Assembly: GCA_964491345.1 (NCBI GenBank)
Contig: CAZBFV010000001.1
Location: forward strand, 39,103-103,102
DNA length: 64,000 bases
Direction of reading: 5' to 3'
Source: an uncultured Muribaculaceae bacterium
Lineage (GTDB): Bacteria > Cyanobacteriota > Vampirovibrionia > Gastranaerophilales > Gastranaerophilaceae
Shown: positions 1 through 10,526 of the stretch, one piece after another
Layout: each line of letters starts with the position of its first letter
How positions within the stretch are numbered: position 1 is the first letter of the stretch
Notes under the pieces: model-generated
What the model was told of the DNA's origin: nothing
What the model saw: only the letters and a program-made list of their open reading frames with translations
The model's database searches: none
Program-made: the position numbers and the translations under genes

Positions 1-2
1 GA

Positions 3-575
3 CAAATATCTTTCGGCGGAGGAGAACCTGCTTTGTTAAATGAGTTTGAAGAACTTGTTACTTACCTTCTTGATAATTACTTTTGGAATATCAGAGTGCA
101 TTCTTCAGGTATAAAATTCAGTAAAGCTCTGGCAAGAGCAATTAACGAAATACGAGGCTATGTAGTCGTTTCGGTAGATTCCGGTTCAAGCGAAGTATAT
201 GAAAAAGTAAAACAGGTTCCCTTTTATAATCAGGTAAGGGAAAACATCAGAAAATATGCGCTTGAAACAAGATTTTTAGGCAAATATTTAGTAAGCGCAA
301 AATATATAATTATCCCTGGCATTAACGATTCAATAGAAGAAATAGAAAAATGGCTTCAGGCAAATGATAAAGCCGGACTTTATACAACAGTTCTGGATTT
401 GGAGGAAAACTGGTACAAGGAAAACAAAAACAATATACCTCCGCATATATATAAACTCATCGAATATGCAAAAAAGCGGTCTAAACAGCTGAATACAAAT
501 TTTGAAATATATGAACGGCTTCAAAATGTACTGAAGGAGAGGCAGAAACGGAGAAATTACCTGACTAAAGCCTGA
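3..575 (+). CDS. radical SAM enzyme, C-terminal part (5' end outside the window)
   Basis: The frame is open to the window edge (..ISFGGGEPALLNEFEELV..IRVHSSGIKFSKA..VVVSVDSGS..). It is clearly alignable with the C-terminal ~190 aa of the complete radical SAM ORF at 17909..18952. Confidence 0.7.
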   Translation, partial: QISFGGGEPALLNEFEELVTYLLDNYFWNIRVHSSGIKFSKALARAINEIRGYVVVSVDSGSSEVYEKVKQVPFYNQVRENIRKYALETRFLGKYLVSAKYIIIPGINDSIEEIEKWLQANDKAGLYTTVLDLEENWYKENKNNIPPHIYKLIEYAKKRSKQLNTNFEIYERLQNVLKERQKRRNYLTKA

Positions 576-1102
576 ATATCTTTAAATACAGGATTTTTTG
601 AAGTTTTCAGAAGCTCAAACAAAAGCATTTCAACCGTAATAATCTGTATGCCCGAATGTCTCAAGCGTCTTAGTCCTGCCTGTTTATTTTCTTCACTGCG
701 TGAAGCAGTAGCATCCTGAACAACAAAAACATTACAGCCCGTGCATAATATATCAAACGCTGTCTGCAATACGCAGATATGGGTTTCTATTCCTGATAGT
801 ATTATTTGTTTTCTGTTTTTTAGTTTTAGTAAATTTTGGAAAGATTCTTCATTAAAAGCGCTGAAAGATGTTTTTTCAACATAATCCGCATTTGGCAGAG
901 AATTTTTGATTTCATTCAGAGTCTGCCCTAAGCCATCAGGGTATTGCTCCGTAATAACAGAGGGAATTTTCATAATTTGAGCGGTTTTTGCAATTTTTAC
1001 GGCATTTTGCGGGGCGGAATTATCACCAAGCATTTTAACGAGTTTTTCCTGAATGTCGATAAAGACAATCAATGCTTCATTTGAATTTATTGTATAATTC
1101 AT
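557..1102 (-). CDS. isochorismatase-family cysteine hydrolase
   Basis: 181 aa. Family-typical blocks: ALIVFIDIQEKL, ILSGIETHICVLQTA (catalytic Cys context) and VVQDATASR. Confidence 0.75.
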   Translation of the reverse strand: MNYTINSNEALIVFIDIQEKLVKMLGDNSAPQNAVKIAKTAQIMKIPSVITEQYPDGLGQTLNEIKNSLPNADYVEKTSFSAFNEESFQNLLKLKNRKQIILSGIETHICVLQTAFDILCTGCNVFVVQDATASRSEENKQAGLRRLRHSGIQIITVEMLLFELLKTSKNPVFKDIQALVR

Positions 1103-1144
1103 TTTTACCTCCTGAAACTATTTTATTATATAATAATTTTAATC

Positions 1145-2107
1145 ATGGAAAAAATAAAAAGAATAATTGAAAGCAGAAAATGCCTGAAACTCATTTGCGG
1201 AGCAGGCAACGAAAATGTAAAAGAAATTGAAAAACTATCATATATCTATTCAAAATGCGGATTTAATATTATCGATGTAAGCGCAAAACTTGAAGTCATT
1301 AATGCTGCAAAATCAGGCATAAAAAAAGCCGGCAGAGAAAATGAAACGGCAGTCTGCGTGAGCATAGGCATGCAAGATGACATACACATGATAAAAGCGG
1401 TAATAAACAATCAGAAATGCAGAAAATGCGCAGAATGTATAGAAGTCTGCCCGCAGGATGCAATTTATACGGAAGATGATAAAATTTATACCGATGATAA
1501 AAAATGTATCGGCTGTATGAAATGTAATAAAGTATGCAGAGAAAATGCAATAATATTTGAACATAAATATAAAAATCCGCATGAAATGCTTTTGTCCGTT
1601 ATGTCCGAAGATATAGACTGCATTGAATTCCACTGTTCAAGCGAAGATGAAAATCAAATTATTGATTTATGGAATAAAATAAAATCAATATATAAAAATA
1701 ACGTCGGCGTCTGCCTTGACCGTTCAAAATCGGGAGATGCAAAAATAATAAGGTTATTGAAAAAATTTAATGAAAGTATGCCTGATTTAATTATACAATG
1801 CGACGGGAAGCCGATGAGCGGAAACAGCAATGATTTAAAATCCAATCTTCAATCAGTTGCTTTTGCAGAATTAATAAGAAGCTCCGGATTAAGCAACTTT
1901 TTGATACTGTCAGGCGGAACAAACGCAAAATCATCATATTTGGCGGATTTATTGGAAATAAATATTAACGGAGTTGCTGTCGGAAGTTATGCAAGAAAAC
2001 TTGTAAAAGAATATCTTACGGAAGATTTTTTTTATAATACGGAAATGCAAAATAAAGCAGTAAAAGAAGCGCAGATACTTTCGGATGATATTATGGAATA
2101 TCTGTAA
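1145..2107 (+). CDS. LdpA-like 4Fe-4S iron-sulfur protein
   Basis: N-terminal LKLICGAGN...IIDVSA block as in cyanobacterial LdpA/DUF561-type barrels. It is followed by two ferredoxin-type clusters, CRKCAECIEVCP and CIGCMKCNKVCR. Confidence 0.6.
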   Translation: MEKIKRIIESRKCLKLICGAGNENVKEIEKLSYIYSKCGFNIIDVSAKLEVINAAKSGIKKAGRENETAVCVSIGMQDDIHMIKAVINNQKCRKCAECIEVCPQDAIYTEDDKIYTDDKKCIGCMKCNKVCRENAIIFEHKYKNPHEMLLSVMSEDIDCIEFHCSSEDENQIIDLWNKIKSIYKNNVGVCLDRSKSGDAKIIRLLKKFNESMPDLIIQCDGKPMSGNSNDLKSNLQSVAFAELIRSSGLSNFLILSGGTNAKSSYLADLLEININGVAVGSYARKLVKEYLTEDFFYNTEMQNKAVKEAQILSDDIMEYL

Positions 2108-2116
2108 GACTGTTTT

Positions 2117-2587
2117 TTAGTACTTGGATATTTCTTCAAAATAACGTTCAAGAGCTTTATAACCGCTGTATATTTCACTTGAAATACTGACATATCTGGA
2201 AGCTGCCAAAAATTTTAATTCTTTGGAACGAATTGAAATTATTTCATCCGCATCTTTTCTTAAACTTTTATCCAGAGATAAAGACCATCTTTTTAAGAAA
2301 GATAATTCTTCATTAATTTGTTTAATAGTGGAAAATTCAAGAGGATTAAAATCATACCTTGATAACAGCATTTTATCGTGATTATTTATACGGGACTGAA
2401 CAACCGGAGAACCGTAGATACGCTTAATAACCATATAATTATCGGCAATGCGCCTGTGAGATTCAGGAACTTCGCCTTTAGCAAGCATTGCAGACGTGCT
2501 TAAAGAACTGAATCTATCGTCATCACAAGCCAATGAGCTTAAATTTGTACTTTCAAGGAATATTTTACTGCTAGAATTCAAAACCAC
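2117..2587 (-). CDS. hypothetical protein
   Basis: 156-aa ORF with a GTG start, convergent with the LdpA-like gene. No recognisable motif. Confidence 0.4.
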   Translation of the reverse strand: MVLNSSSKIFLESTNLSSLACDDDRFSSLSTSAMLAKGEVPESHRRIADNYMVIKRIYGSPVVQSRINNHDKMLLSRYDFNPLEFSTIKQINEELSFLKRWSLSLDKSLRKDADEIISIRSKELKFLAASRYVSISSEIYSGYKALERYFEEISKY

Positions 2588-2748
2588 TTTGTTTCCCCTA
2601 CCGCCGATAACTGCAGACTACATTTTCAATAATAAACCTTAAACGGTGATTTGTCATGATAATATAGCGAATTATTAAGATTATATGCAGAATTTTTTAC
2701 AAAACAGAAAAACTGATTGAAAGAATTTTTTTATTTTATAATAAATGT

Positions 2749-4632
2749 ATGTTTAAGTATGATGTAATAGTAGTCGGGGCAGGACACGCCGGATGCGAGG
2801 CTTCATGCGCCTGCGCTAAATTAGGGGCAAAAACTCTGCTTGCTTCATTAAATCTTGATAATATAGCATTAATGCCCTGCAATCCGGCTGTAGGCGGACC
2901 TGCGAAGTCCTGTTTAGTCCGTGAAACAGATGCACTGGGCGGTATAATGGGAACAGCCGCCGATGCAACATATATGCAGTTAAAAGTTTTAAATTCATCA
3001 AAAGGACCTGCTGTAAGAGCCTTAAGAGCGCAGTCCGATAAAAAAGAGTATATGAGATATATAAGAAATTTAATTGAAAGCGAGCAGAATCTCTATTTGA
3101 AACAATGTACAATGACCGGGCTGATTGTTGAAAATGACTGCGTAAAAGGTCTTAAAGATGAGTTCGGGCAGGAATATTTTGCCCCTTGCGTAATTCTTGC
3201 AACGGGAACATCGCTTGAAGCAAAAATCTGGGTGGGGCTTCAATATTTAGAATTTGGAAGACTGGGCGAAGCAAGTGCAAAAGGATTATCATCGTCATTA
3301 AAAAAACTCGGATTTAGAACCGGCAGATTAAAGACAGGAACTCCTGCAAGGGTTGACGGAAGAACAATCGATTTCGGCAAAATGACAATCCAGTCCGGAG
3401 ATGAAAATCCTTCATTTTTCTCGTTTCTGCCGGACAGACCCATAAGGGAGCAATACCCTTGTTATCTTACAAGAACAACATCAGCGACTCATGAGATAAT
3501 AAAAAATAATCTTGATAAATCACCGATGTATTCCGGCTTAATTAACGGCAGAGGTCCAAGGTACTGCCCGTCTATAGAAGATAAGGTTATAAGATTTGCA
3601 CATAATCCTTCGCATCATATTTTTATCGAACCTGAAGGCAAAAATACTTATGAAATGTATGTTCAGGGATTTTCAACGAGTCTTCCCGCAGAAGTTCAGA
3701 TACAGATGTTAAAAACATTGCCGGGTCTTGAAAGAGTACATGTTATAAAACCTGCTTATGCCGTTGAATATGATTATCTGCCCGCCGTTCAGCTGTTTCA
3801 TACATTGATGACAAAAAGAGTAAAAGGGCTGTTCTGCGCCGGACAGATAAACGGAACATCAGGATATGAAGAAGCAGCGTCGCAGGGGCTTCTTGCCGGC
3901 TTAAACGCCGTAAAATACCTTCAAAATAAAGAAATGATTGTTTTATCAAGAGAATCTTCATATTTAGGAACATTAGTGGATGATTTGGTAACAAAAGACA
4001 TAGATGAGCCGTACAGAATGCTTACATCCCGTTCTGAGTACAGACTGCTTTTAAGGCAGGATAATGCAGATGAAAGATTAACAAAAATCGGGTACGAAGC
4101 AGGACTGATTGATGAATCAAGGTATCAAAGGTTTCTTGAAAAACAAAAAACAATAGAAAACGAAATTCAAAGGCTGATGAAAGATAAAGTTTCTCCGACG
4201 GATGAAGTAAATAATATTCTTGCAAAATACAATGAAAGCATTGATAAGGGAATGAAACTGTCAGAACTTATGAAACGCCCGAATATAACTTATAAAGTTA
4301 TAAAAGAAATTGATAAAACAGCAAAAGGCTTAAATTTAACAAAAGATATATATGAACAGGCTGAAATAAGAATAAAATACGACGGATATATAAAAAGACA
4401 AATCGAACAGGCTAATATGTCCGATAAATATGAGAAAATTCGCCTGCCTGAAGATATTGATTATAAATCAATCCGCCATATATCAGCCGAAACAAAAGAT
4501 AAACTTGAAAAGATAAGACCCGTAACATTAGGTCAGGCTTCAAGAATAGGGGGCGTAAAACCTTCCGATATTTCTGTATTAATGGTTATGATTGAATCTC
4601 ACAATTTAAAGAAAAATTTAAAAGAAAAATAA
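2749..4632 (+). CDS. mnmG: tRNA uridine 5-carboxymethylaminomethyl modification enzyme MnmG (GidA)
   Basis: 627 aa. FAD fold [15 protein letters not shown], then [22 protein letters not shown] and [19 protein letters not shown], conserved along the full length. Confidence 0.97.
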   Translation: MFKYDVIVVGAGHAGCEASCACAKLGAKTLLASLNLDNIALMPCNPAVGGPAKSCLVRETDALGGIMGTAADATYMQLKVLNSSKGPAVRALRAQSDKKEYMRYIRNLIESEQNLYLKQCTMTGLIVENDCVKGLKDEFGQEYFAPCVILATGTSLEAKIWVGLQYLEFGRLGEASAKGLSSSLKKLGFRTGRLKTGTPARVDGRTIDFGKMTIQSGDENPSFFSFLPDRPIREQYPCYLTRTTSATHEIIKNNLDKSPMYSGLINGRGPRYCPSIEDKVIRFAHNPSHHIFIEPEGKNTYEMYVQGFSTSLPAEVQIQMLKTLPGLERVHVIKPAYAVEYDYLPAVQLFHTLMTKRVKGLFCAGQINGTSGYEEAASQGLLAGLNAVKYLQNKEMIVLSRESSYLGTLVDDLVTKDIDEPYRMLTSRSEYRLLLRQDNADERLTKIGYEAGLIDESRYQRFLEKQKTIENEIQRLMKDKVSPTDEVNNILAKYNESIDKGMKLSELMKRPNITYKVIKEIDKTAKGLNLTKDIYEQAEIRIKYDGYIKRQIEQANMSDKYEKIRLPEDIDYKSIRHISAETKDKLEKIRPVTLGQASRIGGVKPSDISVLMVMIESHNLKKNLKEK

Positions 4633-4734
4633 TATTGTTAATAATTGTTACGAAAATTATCTTAAAAATTCAAGAATTGCAGGGAAATTACCGACATATT
4701 TAATATAAACAATATTCGCAAAGGAGTATTAAAT

Positions 4735-5601
4735 ATGGGATTAGCTGCATCACAGGGACGTATGTTATGTTTAACGGCAAGAATGAGCGACCTTATATAT
4801 GAAGGACAGCAGATTTCTCAGCAGAGAGCTGTACTTGCAGACCAGCAGCAGGATATAGCAAATGAATATAACGAAAAAACAAGCAATACGATATTGCAGG
4901 CAATGACGCCCGACGGACAGGTTCAAAGACTTACGTTTGATTTATTAACAAGCCAAGATGCATGGTCAGGGCTGGGAATGAGAATAGTAGATTCGAACGG
5001 CTATGTTGTTGTTCCTGAAAACGGCACATCAATTCAGGTCCCCGCTGATGACGGAACAATCCGGACATTTGATATAACAAATGCAGGAGAATTTATAACC
5101 GGTTATTTAAATATATCCCAGACTGATGATGAATATGATAAATACGCTGAAATGAGCATGACTGAACTTGTTGAGCAATACAATAATTCAATAGGGAATG
5201 ATGATTCAAAAAAAGCAAAAGTTACGGATAAGTACAGCCATTTAAAAAGCGGTGATAATGACCGCTACTGTTATGATGAAAATATAAACGATCCTGAATA
5301 CCTCAGGCAGATGCTCGCTAACGGAGAATGGACGATTGAAAAAATAAATGAATCAAATAAATGGGAAGAACTTTTATGGCAGGGTTCAAATGTTTTGTCA
5401 GAAGTCTATGATACAAGCGATGATGCTGCAGCCGAATCCGAATATGAATCTCAAATGCTTGCAGTGCAGAAAAAAGATAAACTTTACGAATTAAGACTTG
5501 AACAGGTGCAGACGGAAGAAAATGCAGTTCAGACTGATTTAGATTCTATAAGAAGCGTTATAGATAAAAATATTGAGGACTCGTTTAAAACATTTGCCTA
5601 A
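4735..5601 (+). CDS. hypothetical protein with Q-rich helical termini and an acidic core
   Basis: AAAGGAG Shine-Dalgarno upstream of the ATG. N-terminus MGLAASQGRMLCLTARMSDLIYEGQQISQQR; C-terminus ..IRSVIDKNIEDSFKTFA. No enzymatic motif. Confidence 0.6.
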   Translation: MGLAASQGRMLCLTARMSDLIYEGQQISQQRAVLADQQQDIANEYNEKTSNTILQAMTPDGQVQRLTFDLLTSQDAWSGLGMRIVDSNGYVVVPENGTSIQVPADDGTIRTFDITNAGEFITGYLNISQTDDEYDKYAEMSMTELVEQYNNSIGNDDSKKAKVTDKYSHLKSGDNDRYCYDENINDPEYLRQMLANGEWTIEKINESNKWEELLWQGSNVLSEVYDTSDDAAAESEYESQMLAVQKKDKLYELRLEQVQTEENAVQTDLDSIRSVIDKNIEDSFKTFA

Positions 5602-6584
5602 GCCAAATTAAAACAGGGTCTGATATTTCCTAATAATTCATAATCCTGAGAATAAATTTCCCTTGGATAAAGGCTGTTTAATTCCTGATTAAAATCAAGC
5701 CATTTCAGCTGTTTCAGTGCTTCAAGCACGGTTATTGAACGGGCTTCCATATTAGAATCGGCTATTTTTACCGCAATACATTCCTGCTTTTCAAGATTAA
5801 CCACGACGCATAAACCGCAGGCGCCGACTTTAGCCGTTAATATATTTTTCTTATCGGCATTAATAATATCGGAATCCAGTCTGTTTTTACCGCCGATTAA
5901 AAAGGGATACCTGAGAAATGCATTTTTTAATCTGTGATATTTAGGATTTGTAAACAGATTTAAATACCCGCATCCGAGTTGTTCAAGGGTTGTTGCAATA
6001 ACACTCAGCCCGCATCCGTCTTTGCTTATCCGGACATCGCTAATATCCGTTCCGCATAAATTGCATACGCTTTTTAATATATAATCGGTTAAAGGATTAT
6101 CAAAATCTTTGTAGTTTTTTACGGGGAAATTTTTTTCACTGCAGATGCAAAGCATGGCGGAATGCTTGCCTGAACAATTATTATGCAGTGAAGACGGCTT
6201 TATATTATTTTTAATAAGCCTTGATTGTTCATCTCTGCTTAACGGTTCATGAGGCTTTAATAACAAATCATCTGGAGTATATCCGGTTTTTTTCAATATT
6301 GATAAAACTATATTTTGATGTATAGTATCTCCCGTATGCGATGCACAGCATAAAGCCAGCTCTTTTAAAGTCAGCCTGTACTTTTTATCGAGTTCTAAAT
6401 CAATCAGGCAGGAAGCCAGCAGAGGTTTCATACAGGAGCGGTGATAAAATTTATAGGAATTATCATTTCCTGTTTCAGATATTATGCCATGCCTGCCTAA
6501 ATGAACAATCAATCCGAAATGAATCTGCTCTGTAAGCCCGTTTCTGATATATTTAACTAAAGGTGCATAATCAGGTTCTTTCAT
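5598..6584 (-). CDS. asparaginase II family protein (PF06089-type)
   Basis: 328 aa with HRSCMKPLLA and NCSGKHSAML blocks typical of the Rhizobium-type asparaginase family. Confidence 0.8.
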   Translation of the reverse strand: MKEPDYAPLVKYIRNGLTEQIHFGLIVHLGRHGIISETGNDNSYKFYHRSCMKPLLASCLIDLELDKKYRLTLKELALCCASHTGDTIHQNIVLSILKKTGYTPDDLLLKPHEPLSRDEQSRLIKNNIKPSSLHNNCSGKHSAMLCICSEKNFPVKNYKDFDNPLTDYILKSVCNLCGTDISDVRISKDGCGLSVIATTLEQLGCGYLNLFTNPKYHRLKNAFLRYPFLIGGKNRLDSDIINADKKNILTAKVGACGLCVVVNLEKQECIAVKIADSNMEARSITVLEALKQLKWLDFNQELNSLYPREIYSQDYELLGNIRPCFNLA

Positions 6585-6630
6585 AAAGCTATTTTATATC
6601 AAATTAAGGATTTGTGATACCATAGAAAAT

Positions 6631-7302
6631 ATGAAAGGTATAATTTTTGATTTTAACGGGACATTATTTTTCGATTCAAATTTGCACTATGAAGCATGGC
6701 GTATTTTTTCAAAAAAATTAAGAGGCTTTGCTTTTACCGATGAAGAAATGAGAAATTTTATGTTCGGCAGGACAAATGCGGATATTATAGAATATGCAGT
6801 CGGTAAAAAACCGGCTCAGGATACGGTTAATAAACTTGCAAAAGAAAAAGAAGCCATGTACAGGGAAATGTGTTTAAAAGATAAATTAAAATTGGTGCTT
6901 TCCCCCGGCGCAGAGGATTTTCTCGACTATTTAAAAGAAAACAGCATTCCCCGTACGATTGCGACAATGTCCGAATGGGATAATGTTGAATTTTATATAA
7001 AAGAGTTTAAGCTTGAAAAATGGTTTGATATTGAAAAGATTGTATATTCAAACGGGAAAATATCCGGAAAACCCAGCCCTGAAATATATCAGACCGCATC
7101 AAAAAATCTGCATTTGAAGCCTGAAGACTGCATAGTAATTGAAGATGCACTCTCGGGCATAAATTCTGCGGAGTCTGCCGGCATAGGAAAAATTATTGCA
7201 ATAGCTTCCGTTGAAAGTGATGATTTCTACGGCAGAATCCCCTGTGTTTCACAGATAATACATAATTTTAACGAAATAGATAAGTCAATATTTGATAATT
7301 AA
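6631..7302 (+). CDS. HAD-IA family hydrolase (beta-phosphoglucomutase-like)
   Basis: Motif I IIFDFNGTLF, a cap region, SGKPSPEIY, and motif IV IVIEDALSGINSAESAG. Confidence 0.8.
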   Translation: MKGIIFDFNGTLFFDSNLHYEAWRIFSKKLRGFAFTDEEMRNFMFGRTNADIIEYAVGKKPAQDTVNKLAKEKEAMYREMCLKDKLKLVLSPGAEDFLDYLKENSIPRTIATMSEWDNVEFYIKEFKLEKWFDIEKIVYSNGKISGKPSPEIYQTASKNLHLKPEDCIVIEDALSGINSAESAGIGKIIAIASVESDDFYGRIPCVSQIIHNFNEIDKSIFDN

Positions 7303-7371
7303 ATACAATCTTAATATATTAAACAAACTGTTTTATTTAATATATAATGGGAAATTATACAGGGAGGTTTT

Positions 7372-8820
7372 ATGAAAAATTTGTATTCTGTTATTTTAGC
7401 GGGCGGTTCGGGAAACAGGCTCTGGCCTTTATCAAGGGAAATGTTTCCAAAACAGATGTTTAAATTCAATGAAGAATATACTTTATTTCAAAAGACTTTT
7501 TTAAATCTGGCAAACTTTACCGATGATAAAAATATCATCACCGTAACAAATATTAAATATACCTCTCAAATAAAAGAACAGTTAAAAGCACTCCAAAAAA
7601 AGTTCGGGCGGAACAGCGAATATAAAATATTATCCGAGCCTGTATCGAGAAATACGGCTCCAGCTGTTTCACTGTCGGCTAAATTTGTCAAAGATATACA
7701 AAATTCAGCTTCTAAAAATCCGGTAATACTTGTAACCCCGTCAGACCATTTAATTACAAACAGGGAAAATTTTTCGCAGATTATTACAAAAGGCGTAAAA
7801 CTTGCTCAGGCAGGCTATATAGTTTCTTTTTCAACCGAAATAATGTTTGATGATAATACAAATCAGAGCTACGGCTATTTAAAAGTCAGAAAAAACTCTA
7901 AATTGCAGGAAATGGAGCCTACGGCGCTTAAGGTAATGAAATTTGTTGAAAAACCGTCAGCGGAAGAAAAATCACTTCTTAAAGGAAAAGCCTATGTAAA
8001 TTCAGGCAATTATATGTTCACTCCCGAAACAATTTTAACAGAATTAAAAAAATATGAACCTTCGATGTATAAAAATATATCTGAAATTACCGTAAAAACG
8101 ACCGTTCCGTCGGTATCTTTAGAGCAATACGAGGTAATGAACAGCATTTCAATAGACTATGCGGTTATGGAGCATACAAAGAAACTTGTTACGATACCGC
8201 TTGGAAACAACTGGAAAGATATAGGCTCATGGGAAGCAATATATGAAATACTGCCTAAAGACGAAAATAACAACGTTTTCATCGGTGAAAGCATTGATAT
8301 TGACAGTAAAAATTCGCTTATATACTCGCCGTCAAAATTGACTGCGACAGCAGGACTTAAAAATAAAGCAGTAATAACTACGGAAGATGCGATATTTGTT
8401 TCGGATTTAAATGATAAAGCGGGAATAAGAACAATTTATTCAAAAATCAGCGAAGAAAATACAAAAACAAAGCAGATTCATAGGACCGTTTACAGACCAT
8501 GGGGCTGTTATACCGTTCTTGAAAACGGGCATGGATTTTTAACAAAATGTATAGTTGTAAATCCCGCTTCAAAATTAAGCCTTCAGCTTCACCATCATAG
8601 AAGCGAGCATTGGATTGTGCTTGAGGGTGAAGCAACGGTTATAAAGGGAAATAAGACATATAAGCTGAACTCCGGCGAAAGCATAGATATTGATGCGGAA
8701 GAAATACATTCTTTGCAGAACAGTTCCGATATTCAGCTGAAAGTTTTGGAAATACAGCAGGGTGAAATTTTGGATGAAAATGACATAGAAAGATTGGAAG
8801 ATATGTACGGCAGAATATAG
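7372..8820 (+). CDS. manC: mannose-1-phosphate guanylyltransferase / mannose-6-phosphate isomerase
   Basis: VILAGGSGNRLWPLSR nucleotidyltransferase N-terminus, FVEKP block, and a C-terminal cupin (RPWGCYTVL, HHHRSEHWIVLEGEA). Confidence 0.92.
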   Translation: MKNLYSVILAGGSGNRLWPLSREMFPKQMFKFNEEYTLFQKTFLNLANFTDDKNIITVTNIKYTSQIKEQLKALQKKFGRNSEYKILSEPVSRNTAPAVSLSAKFVKDIQNSASKNPVILVTPSDHLITNRENFSQIITKGVKLAQAGYIVSFSTEIMFDDNTNQSYGYLKVRKNSKLQEMEPTALKVMKFVEKPSAEEKSLLKGKAYVNSGNYMFTPETILTELKKYEPSMYKNISEITVKTTVPSVSLEQYEVMNSISIDYAVMEHTKKLVTIPLGNNWKDIGSWEAIYEILPKDENNNVFIGESIDIDSKNSLIYSPSKLTATAGLKNKAVITTEDAIFVSDLNDKAGIRTIYSKISEENTKTKQIHRTVYRPWGCYTVLENGHGFLTKCIVVNPASKLSLQLHHHRSEHWIVLEGEATVIKGNKTYKLNSGESIDIDAEEIHSLQNSSDIQLKVLEIQQGEILDENDIERLEDMYGRI

Positions 8821-8821
8821 T

Positions 8822-9979
8822 ATGAAAAAGAACATTGCAATAATAGGGTCGACAGGTTCAATCGGCACACAAGCGCTGGAAGTCATAGAAAAGTTAAAGG
8901 ATAAGTTTAATGTTATAGGACTTTCTGCCGGCAGTAATGCTGATTTGCTCTCGAAACAAATTGAAAAGTTTCATCCTGAATATGTTTCGGTTTCAAAACC
9001 TGATTCTGCCGAAGAATTAAAAAATAAATATAAAAATATAACTGTATTCTATGGAGATGAAGGAGCATCTGAAATAGCGGAACTTGATGAAACAGATACG
9101 GTGCTTGTATCTGTTTCGGGCAGAGCGGGCTTAATTCCGACAATAAAAGCTGTTAAAAAGAAGAAAAATGTTGCATTGGCTAATAAAGAAACTCTTGTAA
9201 TGGCAGGCGATATAGTTATGAAACTTGCAAGAGAAAACGGTGTCCGGATATTGCCGGTTGACAGCGAGCATTCGGCTGTTTTTCAGTGTTTAACGAATCG
9301 AAAGGCTGTAAAACGCTTAATAATTACGGCTTCAGGAGGACCATTTTTAAATGCGTCCGAAGATGAGCTTGAAAAAGCTGATTTAGATAGAGCGCTGAAT
9401 CATCCGAGGTGGAAAATGGGCAGAAAAATTACGGTAGATTCTGCAACGCTTATGAATAAGGGGCTGGAAGTAATTGAAGCTCATCATTTATTTAATATTA
9501 AATATGAGGATATAAAAATAGTTATTCATCCTCAAAGTTATATACATAGTGCGGTTGAATATATAGACGGCGCTATAATAGCCCAGATAGGCATACCCAG
9601 CATGCATATACCCGTTCAGTATGCTTTAATGTATCCGGAGAGGGTGGAAGGAATAGAAACGGAAAGTTTTGATTTTGTAAAAGCGGGGAAATTTGAGTTT
9701 TACGAACCTGATTTTGAAAAATTCCCGTTGTTGAAACTGGCGGTTGAGGCGGGAAAAAGAGGCGGAAGTGCGCCTGTTTGTCTGAATGCCTCAAATGAAG
9801 AAGCTGTAACGGCATTTTTAGACAGAAAAATTAAATTTACGGATATATATAAAATAACAAAATCGGTTTATGACAATTATAAGCCTGTAGATAAACCTTC
9901 AATAGAAGAAATCATATCGGAAGATGAAAAAATAAGATTAAAAACAAAAAATATTATAGATAATAAGGATAGAGTATGA
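8822..9979 (+). CDS. dxr: 1-deoxy-D-xylulose 5-phosphate reductoisomerase
   Basis: [49 protein letters not shown]. Confidence 0.97.
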   Translation: MKKNIAIIGSTGSIGTQALEVIEKLKDKFNVIGLSAGSNADLLSKQIEKFHPEYVSVSKPDSAEELKNKYKNITVFYGDEGASEIAELDETDTVLVSVSGRAGLIPTIKAVKKKKNVALANKETLVMAGDIVMKLARENGVRILPVDSEHSAVFQCLTNRKAVKRLIITASGGPFLNASEDELEKADLDRALNHPRWKMGRKITVDSATLMNKGLEVIEAHHLFNIKYEDIKIVIHPQSYIHSAVEYIDGAIIAQIGIPSMHIPVQYALMYPERVEGIETESFDFVKAGKFEFYEPDFEKFPLLKLAVEAGKRGGSAPVCLNASNEEAVTAFLDRKIKFTDIYKITKSVYDNYKPVDKPSIEEIISEDEKIRLKTKNIIDNKDRV

Positions 9980-10419
9980 AACTTTTATTTTTGAACGGGC
10001 CGAATTTAAACCTGCTCGGGTCAAGAGAACCGGATAAATACGGAACTCGGACGCTTCATAATATTGAATACATGGTGAAGAAAGAAGCGGATAAATTAAA
10101 TATTGAGGTTAAATTTTATCAAAGCAATATTGAAGGCGAGATAGTTACCGAAATACAGAAAGCAAAAGGCGTATTTGACGGAATTGTGATAAATCCCGCC
10201 GCTTATACGCATACAAGCATAGCAATAAGGGATGCAATTTCTGCCGTACAAATACCGACAGCAGAAATTCATCTGACAAATATACACAGCAGGGAAGAAT
10301 TTAGAAAAACATCACTGATTGCGCCCGTATGCGCAGGGCAGATTTCCGGTTTCGGCGTAAACAGCTATATATTAGGCTTATATGCGGTATATAATTATTT
10401 AAATAAAAATAATATTTAA
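9976..10419 (+). CDS. aroQ: type II 3-dehydroquinate dehydratase
   Basis: [34 protein letters not shown] and [13 protein letters not shown]. There is a 4-nt overlap with dxr. Confidence 0.96.
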   Translation: MKLLFLNGPNLNLLGSREPDKYGTRTLHNIEYMVKKEADKLNIEVKFYQSNIEGEIVTEIQKAKGVFDGIVINPAAYTHTSIAIRDAISAVQIPTAEIHLTNIHSREEFRKTSLIAPVCAGQISGFGVNSYILGLYAVYNYLNKNNI

Positions 10420-10526
10420 CCTGTTTATTTTATCTTTCATTATTTATTTCAATTATTAACAAAACTTAAGATACAGGCAATATATATTTTTATCCGTTTT
10501 GAGATAAATAAGAAAGATAAGAATGA

